Positions 1-8,445 of a stretch of 32,000 nucleotides of DNA are shown here, piece by piece. The notes beneath the pieces are model-generated. The model did not search any database. It was not told the origin of the DNA and was given only the letters and a program-made list of their open reading frames with translations. A program made the position numbers and the translations under genes. The DNA comes from Methanosphaera stadtmanae DSM 3091 (lineage in GTDB: Archaea; Methanobacteriota; Methanobacteria; Methanobacteriales; Methanobacteriaceae): positions 1,440,001-1,472,000 of the forward strand of contig NC_007681.1 in assembly GCF_000012545.1 (NCBI RefSeq), in the 5' to 3' direction. Position 1 is the stretch's first letter. Every line of letters begins with the position of its first letter.

Positions 1-19
1 AATAAAATAATAATTTAAA

Positions 20-856
20 TTATTGAATCATAGCACGCATTAAATCACTTGATCTTACAAGACCAATTGGTTCATCAGCCATATTCAATACAGGAACTTG
101 TTCTATATTATATTGCCTTAGAATATTCGCACATTCTTTAACAGAAGTTTTACGAGTAACAGATACTAATTTATCTCCAGCAACATCTTTAACTATTTTA
201 TCAGAAAATTGTAATCTATTTTTTAAAATATACATTACACTCTGACTATTCCATGTCCATTTATCTCCCTCAGTACTTACTGAACTGTTATGTATAGTTT
301 GTTCTTCAACAACCCTACTTTCATTAATAAAGTCAGTTTCTGTTAAAATACCAGATGCTTTACCATCATCATTTAATGATATTACTGACTTAAAATTAAA
401 GAAGTTAGTAATAGAATATGCTATAGGTAATGGTGTTTTATCCCATACCGTTGGGACATTACGTACCATATATTTTTCAACAGGTTCAGTATTATTAATC
501 TTCCATAATGCTTTATTAGTTATATCTGCCGAAGTTACAATTCCCACTAATTTATTATCCACAGTAATTGGTACTCTACGAATATTATTATTAATCATTT
601 TACGAGCAACTGAATTTACATCTTCATCTGGAGCTGCAGTTATAGGATTTCTTGACATAATCATTGCAACTTGATCTTCATCAGGATTTTTAATAAGATC
701 AGATCTTGTTATTACTCCTGCAAGTTCTCCTGTATGTTTTTTAACAATTGGTACACCAGATAATTTCTCTTCTCTTAAAATTTCATAGATACTACTGACT
801 GTCCCTGGAACTGATCCTGCCTGAACATTTTCTGTCATTATTTCACTTATTTTCAT
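20..856 (-). CDS. CBS-domain protein (four tandem CBS modules)
   Basis: Long ORF (track 20..865). It has four repeats of the CBS pattern, each ending in a G-h-h-T/R-x-x-D-h strand (GVITRSDL, GIVTSADI, GILTETDF, GLVRSSDL). I placed the start at ATG 856-854 because GGTGAT (reverse complement of 861-866) lies 4 nt upstream. The track start is a GTG inside that SD. Confidence 0.8.
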   Translation of the reverse strand: MKISEIMTENVQAGSVPGTVSSIYEILREEKLSGVPIVKKHTGELAGVITRSDLIKNPDEDQVAMIMSRNPITAAPDEDVNSVARKMINNNIRRVPITVDNKLVGIVTSADITNKALWKINNTEPVEKYMVRNVPTVWDKTPLPIAYSITNFFNFKSVISLNDDGKASGILTETDFINESRVVEEQTIHNSSVSTEGDKWTWNSQSVMYILKNRLQFSDKIVKDVAGDKLVSVTRKTSVKECANILRQYNIEQVPVLNMADEPIGLVRSSDLMRAMIQ

Positions 857-1021
857 GATAATCACCTGTCCATGTATTTTTAAAACAATTAATTAAAATA
901 ATAATTACTATTGTCAATTACTATAATATTTAATCATTACTAATAAGATATGTGATTAAGATATAAAAATAGTTAATTAAAAAAAAGAAATAAAATATAA
1001 AAAAAAGTAAAGGAAAGATTA

Positions 1022-2296
1022 TTATTTAGCTTCAATAATAGTTTTACCATTCATATATGGTATTAATACATCAGGTATTTTAATACTTCCATCTTCTTGT
1101 TGATAATTTTCTAAAATACAACATATAGTTCTTTCTGTAGCAATTGCTGTACTATTTAATGTATGTAATATTTGAGCATCACCAGCACCTGCTTTTCCAT
1201 AACGTGTATTGATTTTTCTTGCCTGATAATCCTTACAATTAGTACAAGATACTAATTCACGATATGTTCCAGAACCAGGGAACCATGCTTCAAGATCATA
1301 TTTTATTGCTGCATTATCATTTAATGCTGAAGATACTATAGCTACAATTTGATAAGGTAATCCAAGTTTCTGATAGATTCCTTCAGTTACTTCTAATAAT
1401 TTCTCATGTTCTAAAGTTGAATTTTCCGGTGTAGCATAGATGAATTGTTCTACTTTTTCAAATTGATGTACTCTAAAAATTCCCAAAGTATCTTTTCCAT
1501 GGGATCCTGCTTCTTTTCTAAAACATGTGGAAAGAGCACAGTACCTTAATGGTAAATCTTCAGAATCTATGATTTCATTTCTATGTAGAGCTGCTAATGT
1601 TTGTTCAGCAGTAGCTATTAGATATAAATCCTCATTCTCAACCTTATATAATGTTTCTTCAAATTCACCCAATTCAGATGTTTCTTCTGCAACCTCACTT
1701 TTAATAAAGAAAGGTGTTTGTAGAGGAGTATATCCCTTATCTTTTAATTCATTTAATGCAAATTGAATTAATGCTAAGTTTAAGAATAAAATATCCTGTT
1801 TTAAATAATAAAAACGTGACCCTGCAATTTGAGAAGCAGTGTCTGTGTCAGCACCATCAATTAAATTGATTAAATCAACATGATTTAATGGTTCAAAATC
1901 AAATGATGGAAAATCACCATTTGTTCTTATGACTTCATTATCATCTTCAGTATCAGAAACAGGTACGTTTTCATCTATAATATTACCTACTTTATACCTA
2001 TATTCATCACGTATTCTTTCATATTCTTCAATTTTAGGTTCTAATTCTTTAATATCAGAAGCTACTTTTTTGGATTTGCTTATAACTTCTTCAAGATTTC
2101 CATCTTTTTTTGCTTGTTTAAATGATTTAGATAATTTATTTTTTTCAGAACGTAAATTATTTAGATTTTGTAATCCTTCTCTCCATAAATTATCATACTC
2201 AATAACTTTTTCAACATTAATAGTATCCCTAAATCGTTTCTTTTCAGAGTCAAATATTTTATTTGGTTCTTCCCTGAATAATTTTATGTCTAACAA
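1022..2296 (-). CDS. serS: Seryl-tRNA synthetase, canonical (bacterial-like) type
   Basis: 424-aa ORF with an N-terminal coiled-coil arm. Class II motif 2 is FRKEAGSHGKDTLGIFRVHQFEKVE, and the motif 3 region is LNSTAIATERTICCILENYQ. The TTG start (2296-2294) is preceded by AAGGAGA (reverse complement of 2305-2311) with an 8-nt spacer. Confidence 0.93.
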   Translation of the reverse strand: MLDIKLFREEPNKIFDSEKKRFRDTINVEKVIEYDNLWREGLQNLNNLRSEKNKLSKSFKQAKKDGNLEEVISKSKKVASDIKELEPKIEEYERIRDEYRYKVGNIIDENVPVSDTEDDNEVIRTNGDFPSFDFEPLNHVDLINLIDGADTDTASQIAGSRFYYLKQDILFLNLALIQFALNELKDKGYTPLQTPFFIKSEVAEETSELGEFEETLYKVENEDLYLIATAEQTLAALHRNEIIDSEDLPLRYCALSTCFRKEAGSHGKDTLGIFRVHQFEKVEQFIYATPENSTLEHEKLLEVTEGIYQKLGLPYQIVAIVSSALNDNAAIKYDLEAWFPGSGTYRELVSCTNCKDYQARKINTRYGKAGAGDAQILHTLNSTAIATERTICCILENYQQEDGSIKIPDVLIPYMNGKTIIEAK

Positions 2297-2328
2297 CTAT
2301 TATTTCTCCTTTATTATTTATCTATTAT

Positions 2329-2763
2329 TTAATCATCCACTACTTCTAAATCTTTATCAGAATATACATCAGTACCTGCTAATTTATCAAATAATCGTGA
2401 AGGATAGTTCATTATTTTTCCAATTATAATATCGAAAATTAAAGGTACCCAAAAGAGTTTTGTTAAATTTCTAATAAATGCACTTTTATATGTCATATAT
2501 CCTTCAGAATCAGAAACATATAAGTGAAGAATCTTTTTACCTATTGTTTTATTTGTTTTAGCTTCAAATAATGTGAAATAGCCCATTGTTACCAGAATTA
2601 ATACTACATATGGATAATAAGCCAATGTAACTTGAATATTTAATAATGCAAGTAATATATATAAAATATTATCTATCAAGGAAACAAATAATGTTACTAT
2701 TATTGCATCTATTATTAAAGCTTCTGTTCTTAATATAAAATGTTCCATAAAATCACTTAACAT
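2329..2763 (-). CDS. RDD-family small membrane protein
   Basis: 144-aa ORF with 2-3 hydrophobic helices and an RDD-like pattern (LRTEALIIDAII ... GKKILHLYVSDSEG ... FIRN). Its ATG (2763-2761) overlaps the hypE stop (2759-2757). Confidence 0.6.
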   Translation of the reverse strand: MLSDFMEHFILRTEALIIDAIIVTLFVSLIDNILYILLALLNIQVTLAYYPYVVLILVTMGYFTLFEAKTNKTIGKKILHLYVSDSEGYMTYKSAFIRNLTKLFWVPLIFDIIIGKIMNYPSRLFDKLAGTDVYSDKDLEVVDD

Positions 2764-3785
2764 ACTCTTGGTACAGGATCTGCTATTGGAGGTTCAATTA
2801 ATCTTTCTCCACCAATGATAGTTTCCATTATTACATGTTTTTTATCTGTAACTTCACCAATAATTTGGGCATCTTTTCCATATTTAGTTTTTTGTATAGC
2901 TTGTAATACATCTTCAGCATTTTCTGCTTCTACACCCATTACAATTTTACCTTCATTTGCTACTTCAAATGGATCAATACCCAACATATCAGATACAGCC
3001 TCTACTTCAGGTTTTATTGGAATTCTTTCCTCATCTAACCTCATACCCACATTTGCCTTATTTGCCATTTCATTTAATGCATTGGCTATTCCACCACGTG
3101 TTGGATCTTTCATTGCTGTAATTGTTCCAACTTTTTGAGCAGCTTCAACCATACCCCATACTGGTGCCACATCAGATTTTAGTTCTGTTTCATAACCAAA
3201 ACCTTCTCTTTTAGACATTATTGCCATTCCATGGTCACCCACACTACCAGTGATGATAACTTTGTTTCCAACTTTAAGACCAGCATCAGATACTATATTT
3301 TCTTTTTTACCTACTCCAATACCTGCAGTTGCTATTATCATTCCATCAAGTTTGTCACTATCAATTACCTTAGTATCTCCTGTAATAATTGCAGCACCTA
3401 CTTCTTGACAAGTTTCATCCATGGATTTAACAATTTTTTCTAAGTCTGAACGTTCAAAACCTTCACTTATTACCATTGCATTGTTTAAAGATAATGGTTT
3501 TACTCCCATAACAGAAATATCATTTAATGTTCCTGCAGCTGATATTCTACCAATATCTCCTCCAGGGAAAAATAAAGGTTGTACTGTATGACTATCAATA
3601 GTTGTTACTATAACATGCTCATCATCAATAGGTATTGTTGCACTATCATCTAATGCTTCCAAACCTATTCCACCATTTACACTAGTTTTTGAGACATTAT
3701 TTAATATTATATCTGAAATCATACCTTGCATGACTTCTCCACCAGCACCATGTACCATGTTTATTTTATCATCATTATATGCCAT
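2757..3785 (-). CDS. hypE: [NiFe]-hydrogenase maturation protein HypE (carbamoyl dehydratase)
   Basis: 342-aa ORF with a PurM/AIR-synthase-like fold pattern. The N-terminus has INMVHGAGGEVM, and the C-terminus has the diagnostic tail ...DPVPRVC ending in the thiocyanate-carrying Cys. Confidence 0.92.
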   Translation of the reverse strand: MAYNDDKINMVHGAGGEVMQGMISDIILNNVSKTSVNGGIGLEALDDSATIPIDDEHVIVTTIDSHTVQPLFFPGGDIGRISAAGTLNDISVMGVKPLSLNNAMVISEGFERSDLEKIVKSMDETCQEVGAAIITGDTKVIDSDKLDGMIIATAGIGVGKKENIVSDAGLKVGNKVIITGSVGDHGMAIMSKREGFGYETELKSDVAPVWGMVEAAQKVGTITAMKDPTRGGIANALNEMANKANVGMRLDEERIPIKPEVEAVSDMLGIDPFEVANEGKIVMGVEAENAEDVLQAIQKTKYGKDAQIIGEVTDKKHVIMETIIGGERLIEPPIADPVPRVC

Positions 3786-4221
3786 AGTAAATTCCTTCCA
3801 TGTTGTTTTAATAAAAAAAATATAAATATTTAAGATTTATTTTTATTATCTTATTCAATAATATATTATATTATTAATTCTTTATCTAATAAAATTTTAG
3901 CAATATACTATAAAAAAACTAGTTGTTAGTTATGAGTTGATATTAGTAATAAATAAATATAAATACAATAGAATTAATATATTATATTATTATTGTAAAA
4001 TAGTATAGAATGATAAAACTCTTAATAAAGTATTATTTTAATAAAATAATTATACTATAAAATAAGGAAGTAAAATCATATCTAATGAACTAACTATTTA
4101 AACAAAACACTTATTAATTATAAGATAACTTTTTAGAAGTTACATAATTTTTTTAATACAGAATTACTAAGTTATACTATAATTACACAGTATAACCTAA
4201 TATAAATTTGAGGTGACAAAT

Positions 4222-4602
4222 ATGGCAATATGGCAAGGAAGCTCTTTAAGAAAACCATCAGGAGCAAGATCAAGAAGAAATAAAAATAAAAGAAATGCTG
4301 AATTCGGAAGAAATCCAGCAGAAACAAGGATTGGAGACGAAGTTAAAAAAGAAATAGTAGCAAGAGGAAACTGTACCAAAACAAGAGCTACCGTAGCAAA
4401 AAGAATCAATGTTATTGATCCTAAAGACAACTCCAGTAAAAACGTTGAAATGTTAACAGTACTTGAAAATGGAGCTAACAGCCACTTTGTAAGAAGAAAC
4501 ATTATTACAAAAGGAGCTATTGTTGAAACAGAAATTGGTAAAGCAAAAATAACTTCCAGACCAGGTCAAAAAGGAATAGTTAATGGTGTATTAATCGAAT
4601 GA
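4222..4602 (+). CDS. rps8e: 30S ribosomal protein S8e
   Basis: The N-terminus MAIWQGSSLRKPSGARSRR... and the basic composition are typical of archaeal S8e. I moved the start to ATG 4222 because GAGGTGA (4210-4216) lies just upstream. The track start at 4213 is a GTG inside that SD. Confidence 0.92.
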   Translation: MAIWQGSSLRKPSGARSRRNKNKRNAEFGRNPAETRIGDEVKKEIVARGNCTKTRATVAKRINVIDPKDNSSKNVEMLTVLENGANSHFVRRNIITKGAIVETEIGKAKITSRPGQKGIVNGVLIE

Positions 4603-5249
4603 GCATTCCAAAAAAAATTGAAAAACAGGTTACGGAGCTACTTAGCTCCATAAACCAAAATTTACCCCAAGACATGGAGCTTGAGTTAGAAGGCTATTAT
4701 GACAGAGGATTCTTTGTAACCAAAAAAAGATATGCTGTCATATGTGATGGTGTTATTACTGTTAAAGGTTTAGAACTTGTTCGTCGTGATTGGGCAGCAG
4801 TAGCTAAAAATACCCAACATGAAGTATTAGAAGCTATTCTTAAGGATGCTTCACCAAATAAAGCAAAAAAAATTGTGAAAAATGTTATTAAAAGATTAAA
4901 TAATGGTGAAGTTGAATTAGAAGATTTAGTTATCCATACTAAATTAACTAAAAAACCTGAAAACTATAAGCAAATTGCACCACATGTGATTGCTGCAGAA
5001 AAACTAGAGTTACATGGCCAAACAGTTACTAGTGGTTCTATTATTCGTTACATTATTACAAAAGGAAAAGAACCAATTAGTAGACGTGCAGAACCAATAG
5101 AATATATTGGAAATAAAACATATGATCCTGAGTATTACATTCAAAATCAAGTATTACCAGCTACTTTAAGAATACTAGAAGCTATAGGATACACTGAAGA
5201 ACAGATTATGAACAATGAAATACAAACAAGTTTAGATAGTTTCTTCTAA
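4599..5249 (+). CDS. polB: Family-B DNA polymerase, separately encoded C-terminal (end of palm plus thumb) subunit
   Basis: The 216-aa ORF is colinear by eye with the post-motif-C part of archaeal PolB (ELEGYYDRGFFVTKKRYAVI, GLELVRRDW, YYIQNQVLPATLRILE). No polymerase N-terminal part lies upstream. Its ATG overlaps the rps8e TGA (ATGA at 4599-4602). Confidence 0.85.
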   Translation: MSIPKKIEKQVTELLSSINQNLPQDMELELEGYYDRGFFVTKKRYAVICDGVITVKGLELVRRDWAAVAKNTQHEVLEAILKDASPNKAKKIVKNVIKRLNNGEVELEDLVIHTKLTKKPENYKQIAPHVIAAEKLELHGQTVTSGSIIRYIITKGKEPISRRAEPIEYIGNKTYDPEYYIQNQVLPATLRILEAIGYTEEQIMNNEIQTSLDSFF

Positions 5250-5309
5250 ATAATAAATCACCGCCTAAAATAAATAATATCTTTTTTTCTTTAAAATATA
5301 ACTTAATTT

Positions 5310-6962
5310 CTAGTAATTTTTACTTAGAATCATGAAAATTAAAACTACTCCAAGTATTGCACTGAATACAAAACCTACAAACCCTATAATAGGATATCCC
5401 ATTATTGATGTTCCATGATCTGTTAACATAATTAGAGATGAACCTACAAGTATTGCAGCAGTTATCAAAGCAATTACTATTTTATCCATTGTTTTTGATA
5501 GAAGTTGAATTACTCTTTCAATCTCATCATACTCCAGATTTACACGTATTTTACCATCATCTACAACATCAAAAAAGTTTAATAGAGAGTCTGGTAATTT
5601 TTTAGCTAAATTTTGAACATCCATAATATTTTCATTTGTACGTTGTAGTATTCTTTTAGGTTTAAAATTATTTAATAACATCTTCAATGCATATGGTTTT
5701 AATGCCTCTGTTACATTAAATGATGGAACTAGTGATTTTCCTATATCATCAATCATAATTATCGTTCTAATAACCATCATCAAGTCTCTTGGTATGACTA
5801 ATCCATACTTATTTAATAAATCTTCATGCATAAGTTCTTTAAATACACCAGAAACATCGTTAAACTGTGAATTATAATACTTATCTAACAAATGTGTGAT
5901 TTCATTTTCAATATTTTCAAAATTATTTTTATTTTTAATTATACCCATATAATATAATTGTTTAGTTAGTAGTTTTGAATCACCTTCAGATATGAAAATA
6001 AATAATTTTGCTAAATCAGCCCTTAAATCAGCACTTAAATGGCCCATCATTCCAAAATCAACAAAGGCTACAATATTCTCCTCTAAAACAAATATATTAC
6101 CAGGATGGGGATCTGCATGATAAAATCCATGAACTAAAATTTGTTTAACAAAAGAATCAGTGCCTATCTGTGCAATTTTTTCTTTATCATATTTATCAGT
6201 AGAATCCATCAACACCTTATTAAGACTAACCCCATCTAAAAATTCCATTACTAAAACTTTATTAGTAGAATAATCTAAATAAATTTTAGGTATATGCACT
6301 TCATCTTCACATAATAAGTCATTAATATGAATAGCATTCACAGCTTCAAATTTATAATCTAATTCTTTATATATATCTGATTCAAAAACATCAATTATAC
6401 CAGGTAAATTATATGCTTTAGCCATTGTAACGTTATTATCAAGACGATTAGCAATAAAACGCATGATTTGAATATCTTTAGAAATAGTATCTTGAATATT
6501 AGGATGTTGTACTTTTACAGCAACAACTTTATTATTTAGAGTTGCTTTATGTACCTGACCAATACTTGCTGATGCTATTGGTTTTATTTCAAAATTATCA
6601 AAAATAGAGTCAATAGGTTTTGAAAACTCATCTTCAATAATTGTTCTAATTTCATCATAACTTGTTATTGGAGCAGATTCTTGTAATTTAGATAATTCCT
6701 CTGCTAATTCAAAACCAACCATATCAGGATAAGTGCTCAATGTTTGACCTAATTTAATAAAGGTAGTTCCAAGTTCTTGTAAAACAAGCCTAATACGTGT
6801 ATTTAAATCATATTCATCATTAGAAACATCATTGTCTAGAGATATGTGTCTTAGATGAGTATTACTTATTTTCTGAGCAATACTTTCAAATCCATACTTG
6901 GCTAAAATCCTTATTATTTCATTTATTCTTGAAATATTACCTTTACTCTCTAAAATATTCAT
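5310..6962 (-). CDS. ABC1/UbiB-family atypical protein kinase, membrane-anchored
   Basis: 550-aa ORF with ABC1 signatures: IASASIGQVHKA, a kinase-like catalytic loop FYHADPHPGNIFV, and DFGMMG. Two C-terminal hydrophobic helices are present. Confidence 0.88.
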   Translation of the reverse strand: MNILESKGNISRINEIIRILAKYGFESIAQKISNTHLRHISLDNDVSNDEYDLNTRIRLVLQELGTTFIKLGQTLSTYPDMVGFELAEELSKLQESAPITSYDEIRTIIEDEFSKPIDSIFDNFEIKPIASASIGQVHKATLNNKVVAVKVQHPNIQDTISKDIQIMRFIANRLDNNVTMAKAYNLPGIIDVFESDIYKELDYKFEAVNAIHINDLLCEDEVHIPKIYLDYSTNKVLVMEFLDGVSLNKVLMDSTDKYDKEKIAQIGTDSFVKQILVHGFYHADPHPGNIFVLEENIVAFVDFGMMGHLSADLRADLAKLFIFISEGDSKLLTKQLYYMGIIKNKNNFENIENEITHLLDKYYNSQFNDVSGVFKELMHEDLLNKYGLVIPRDLMMVIRTIIMIDDIGKSLVPSFNVTEALKPYALKMLLNNFKPKRILQRTNENIMDVQNLAKKLPDSLLNFFDVVDDGKIRVNLEYDEIERVIQLLSKTMDKIVIALITAAILVGSSLIMLTDHGTSIMGYPIIGFVGFVFSAILGVVLIFMILSKNY

Positions 6963-7083
6963 AATTATATTTTATTAGATTATATTATTTATAATAATTT
7001 CGGCAGGATTTAAAAAAGAAGCATGTTTTATTCTTTTAAAAAAAAATAAGAAATCATTTAAAAAAAAAAAGAAAAGAAAGAAG

Positions 7084-8103
7084 TTATATACCTACAATTT
7101 GTATTAATGATAAAGCTACAACTACTGCAATTATTAAAATTAATAATATTATTAAAACAGACACAATCTTACTACTTAATGAGTTAACATTCTCATCTAA
7201 ATCTGTGTTAAATTCTTCTAATTCATCATCTAATTTTTTATTAAACTTGGATTTAATACTATCAGAGTCATCATCAGATTTTTTATCATCTTGTGTTTCT
7301 TTCACTGATTTAATTGATAAATCTTCATCTTTATCTTCATAAGATATTACTTTAGTTAAATCAGTATTTTCTGAATCATCATCAATTTTAAATTTATCTG
7401 CTATTGAAGATTTAATTGAACTTATTGAATCAGATTCTAAATCCTCTTCAATAATATTAGATTTTGTTTCTTTAGGTTTTATTATCTTTTCAACTTCAGA
7501 TACATCCTTTTGTTCTGTTAATTCTTCAATAAAATCGTCAACATTTGCATCTTTAGGTTCTTCATCAGTAGTAACATCTTTAGCTGTTTTCTCATTAGAT
7601 ACATGTTTTTGTTCTTTTTCAAGTGATTCTACTTCTTCAACATCATCTAGCAATACATCATCATCTGGTACTTCTTCCCATACCACATCTCCATAATTAA
7701 AGTTATCATCTAAATCTAAAAATTCATCTAAGTCGTCTAAATCATCTTTTGAATCTATAGATTTTTTTTCAGTTACAACTTCTTTAGGAGTTTCCATAAC
7801 TTCTTCTACTTCAGGAGTTTCCCTAGGAACATCTTCTGTAACTTCCCCAACTACTTCCCCATCCAATGGAATTTCTTCTATAATTTCTTCAACTTCAGGT
7901 TCTTCTATAATTTCTTCACTAGGAGCTTCTTCAGTAGTTTTTTCTACTTTAGGAGTTTCTATAACTTCTTCAACATCAGGTTCTTCTTTAACTTCTTGTG
8001 GTGCTGGTGCCTTTTGTTCTACTAAATTACCTGTTGGATTTCCACAATTGAAACAAAATTTATCAGTATCCTCTAGTTTTGTTCCACAATTTCTACAAAA
8101 CAT
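7084..8103 (-). CDS. Zinc-ribbon protein with a long acidic low-complexity linker and a C-terminal transmembrane anchor
   Basis: The N-terminus MFCRNCGTKLEDTDKFCFNCGNP is a CxxC...CxxC zinc ribbon. About 290 residues are rich in E/D/V/K/P. The last ~25 residues are hydrophobic (VSVLIILLILIIAVVVALSLIQIVGI). Confidence 0.7.
   Translation of the reverse strand: MFCRNCGTKLEDTDKFCFNCGNPTGNLVEQKAPAPQEVKEEPDVEEVIETPKVEKTTEEAPSEEIIEEPEVEEIIEEIPLDGEVVGEVTEDVPRETPEVEEVMETPKEVVTEKKSIDSKDDLDDLDEFLDLDDNFNYGDVVWEEVPDDDVLLDDVEEVESLEKEQKHVSNEKTAKDVTTDEEPKDANVDDFIEELTEQKDVSEVEKIIKPKETKSNIIEEDLESDSISSIKSSIADKFKIDDDSENTDLTKVISYEDKDEDLSIKSVKETQDDKKSDDDSDSIKSKFNKKLDDELEEFNTDLDENVNSLSSKIVSVLIILLILIIAVVVALSLIQIVGI
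7783..7970 (-). repeat. Intragenic imperfect DNA repeats encoding the acidic E/V/I/P motif
   Basis: A 33-nt unit at 7783-7815 recurs at 7938-7970 with 30/33 identity. Between them lies a tandem pair, 7873-7899 and 7900-7923 (ttcttctataatttcttca...agg). Both map to EVEE(V/I)IE-type peptide repeats. Confidence 0.7.
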
Positions 8104-8445
8104 TTTACATTACTCCATTACGCTTATATGGTCCATATTAAAAAGAATTAGAAAAATCTCATTTAATATTTAAAAAATTAAATTATTTATTTTCCCTAAT
8201 ATATTTAAATATTAATTATGTGTTTTATGTTATATAAAAATTAAGTTTAGATGAAAATTATTATGAGAATATTTAAAAAATCATGAAAAATAAAAAAAAA
8301 TATTTAATTAAATACAACAGATTAATATAATTAAAAAAAAGATGATATTTTTTATAAAAAATATTTTATAAATGGACTAAATATCAATTTAATTATTATA
8401 ACATTAATTAATCTTTAAAGAAAAGATTTAAAAAAAAAGTAAAAG

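Noticed and set aside
1527-3443. Plus-strand ORFs (1527-1766, 1929-2429, 2815-3138, 3231-3443) inside serS, the RDD gene and hypE
   Set aside because: They are antisense shadows of well-supported minus-strand genes and have no independent support.
3786-4212. Explicit BRE/TATA promoter calls in the long AT-rich spacers (also 8104-8445, 13116-13411, 17892-18178, 26728-27210)
   Set aside because: TATA-like octamers occur many times per spacer at this base composition. Without transcription start data, any single call would be arbitrary, so I did not list promoters as features.
4599-5249. Reading the PolB fragment as a pseudogene or remnant
   Set aside because: The ORF is intact from a coupled ATG to a clean stop and retains all conserved thumb-region strings. 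It also matches the known two-gene PolB organisation of Methanothermobacter. I see no frameshifted polymerase debris around it.
8345-8364. Perfect 20-nt palindrome ATATTTTTTATAAAAAATAT in the spacer between the zinc-ribbon gene and pmbA
   Set aside because: It consists only of A/T homopolymer runs, so it is very likely to arise by chance at this composition. It has no flanking features that give it meaning.
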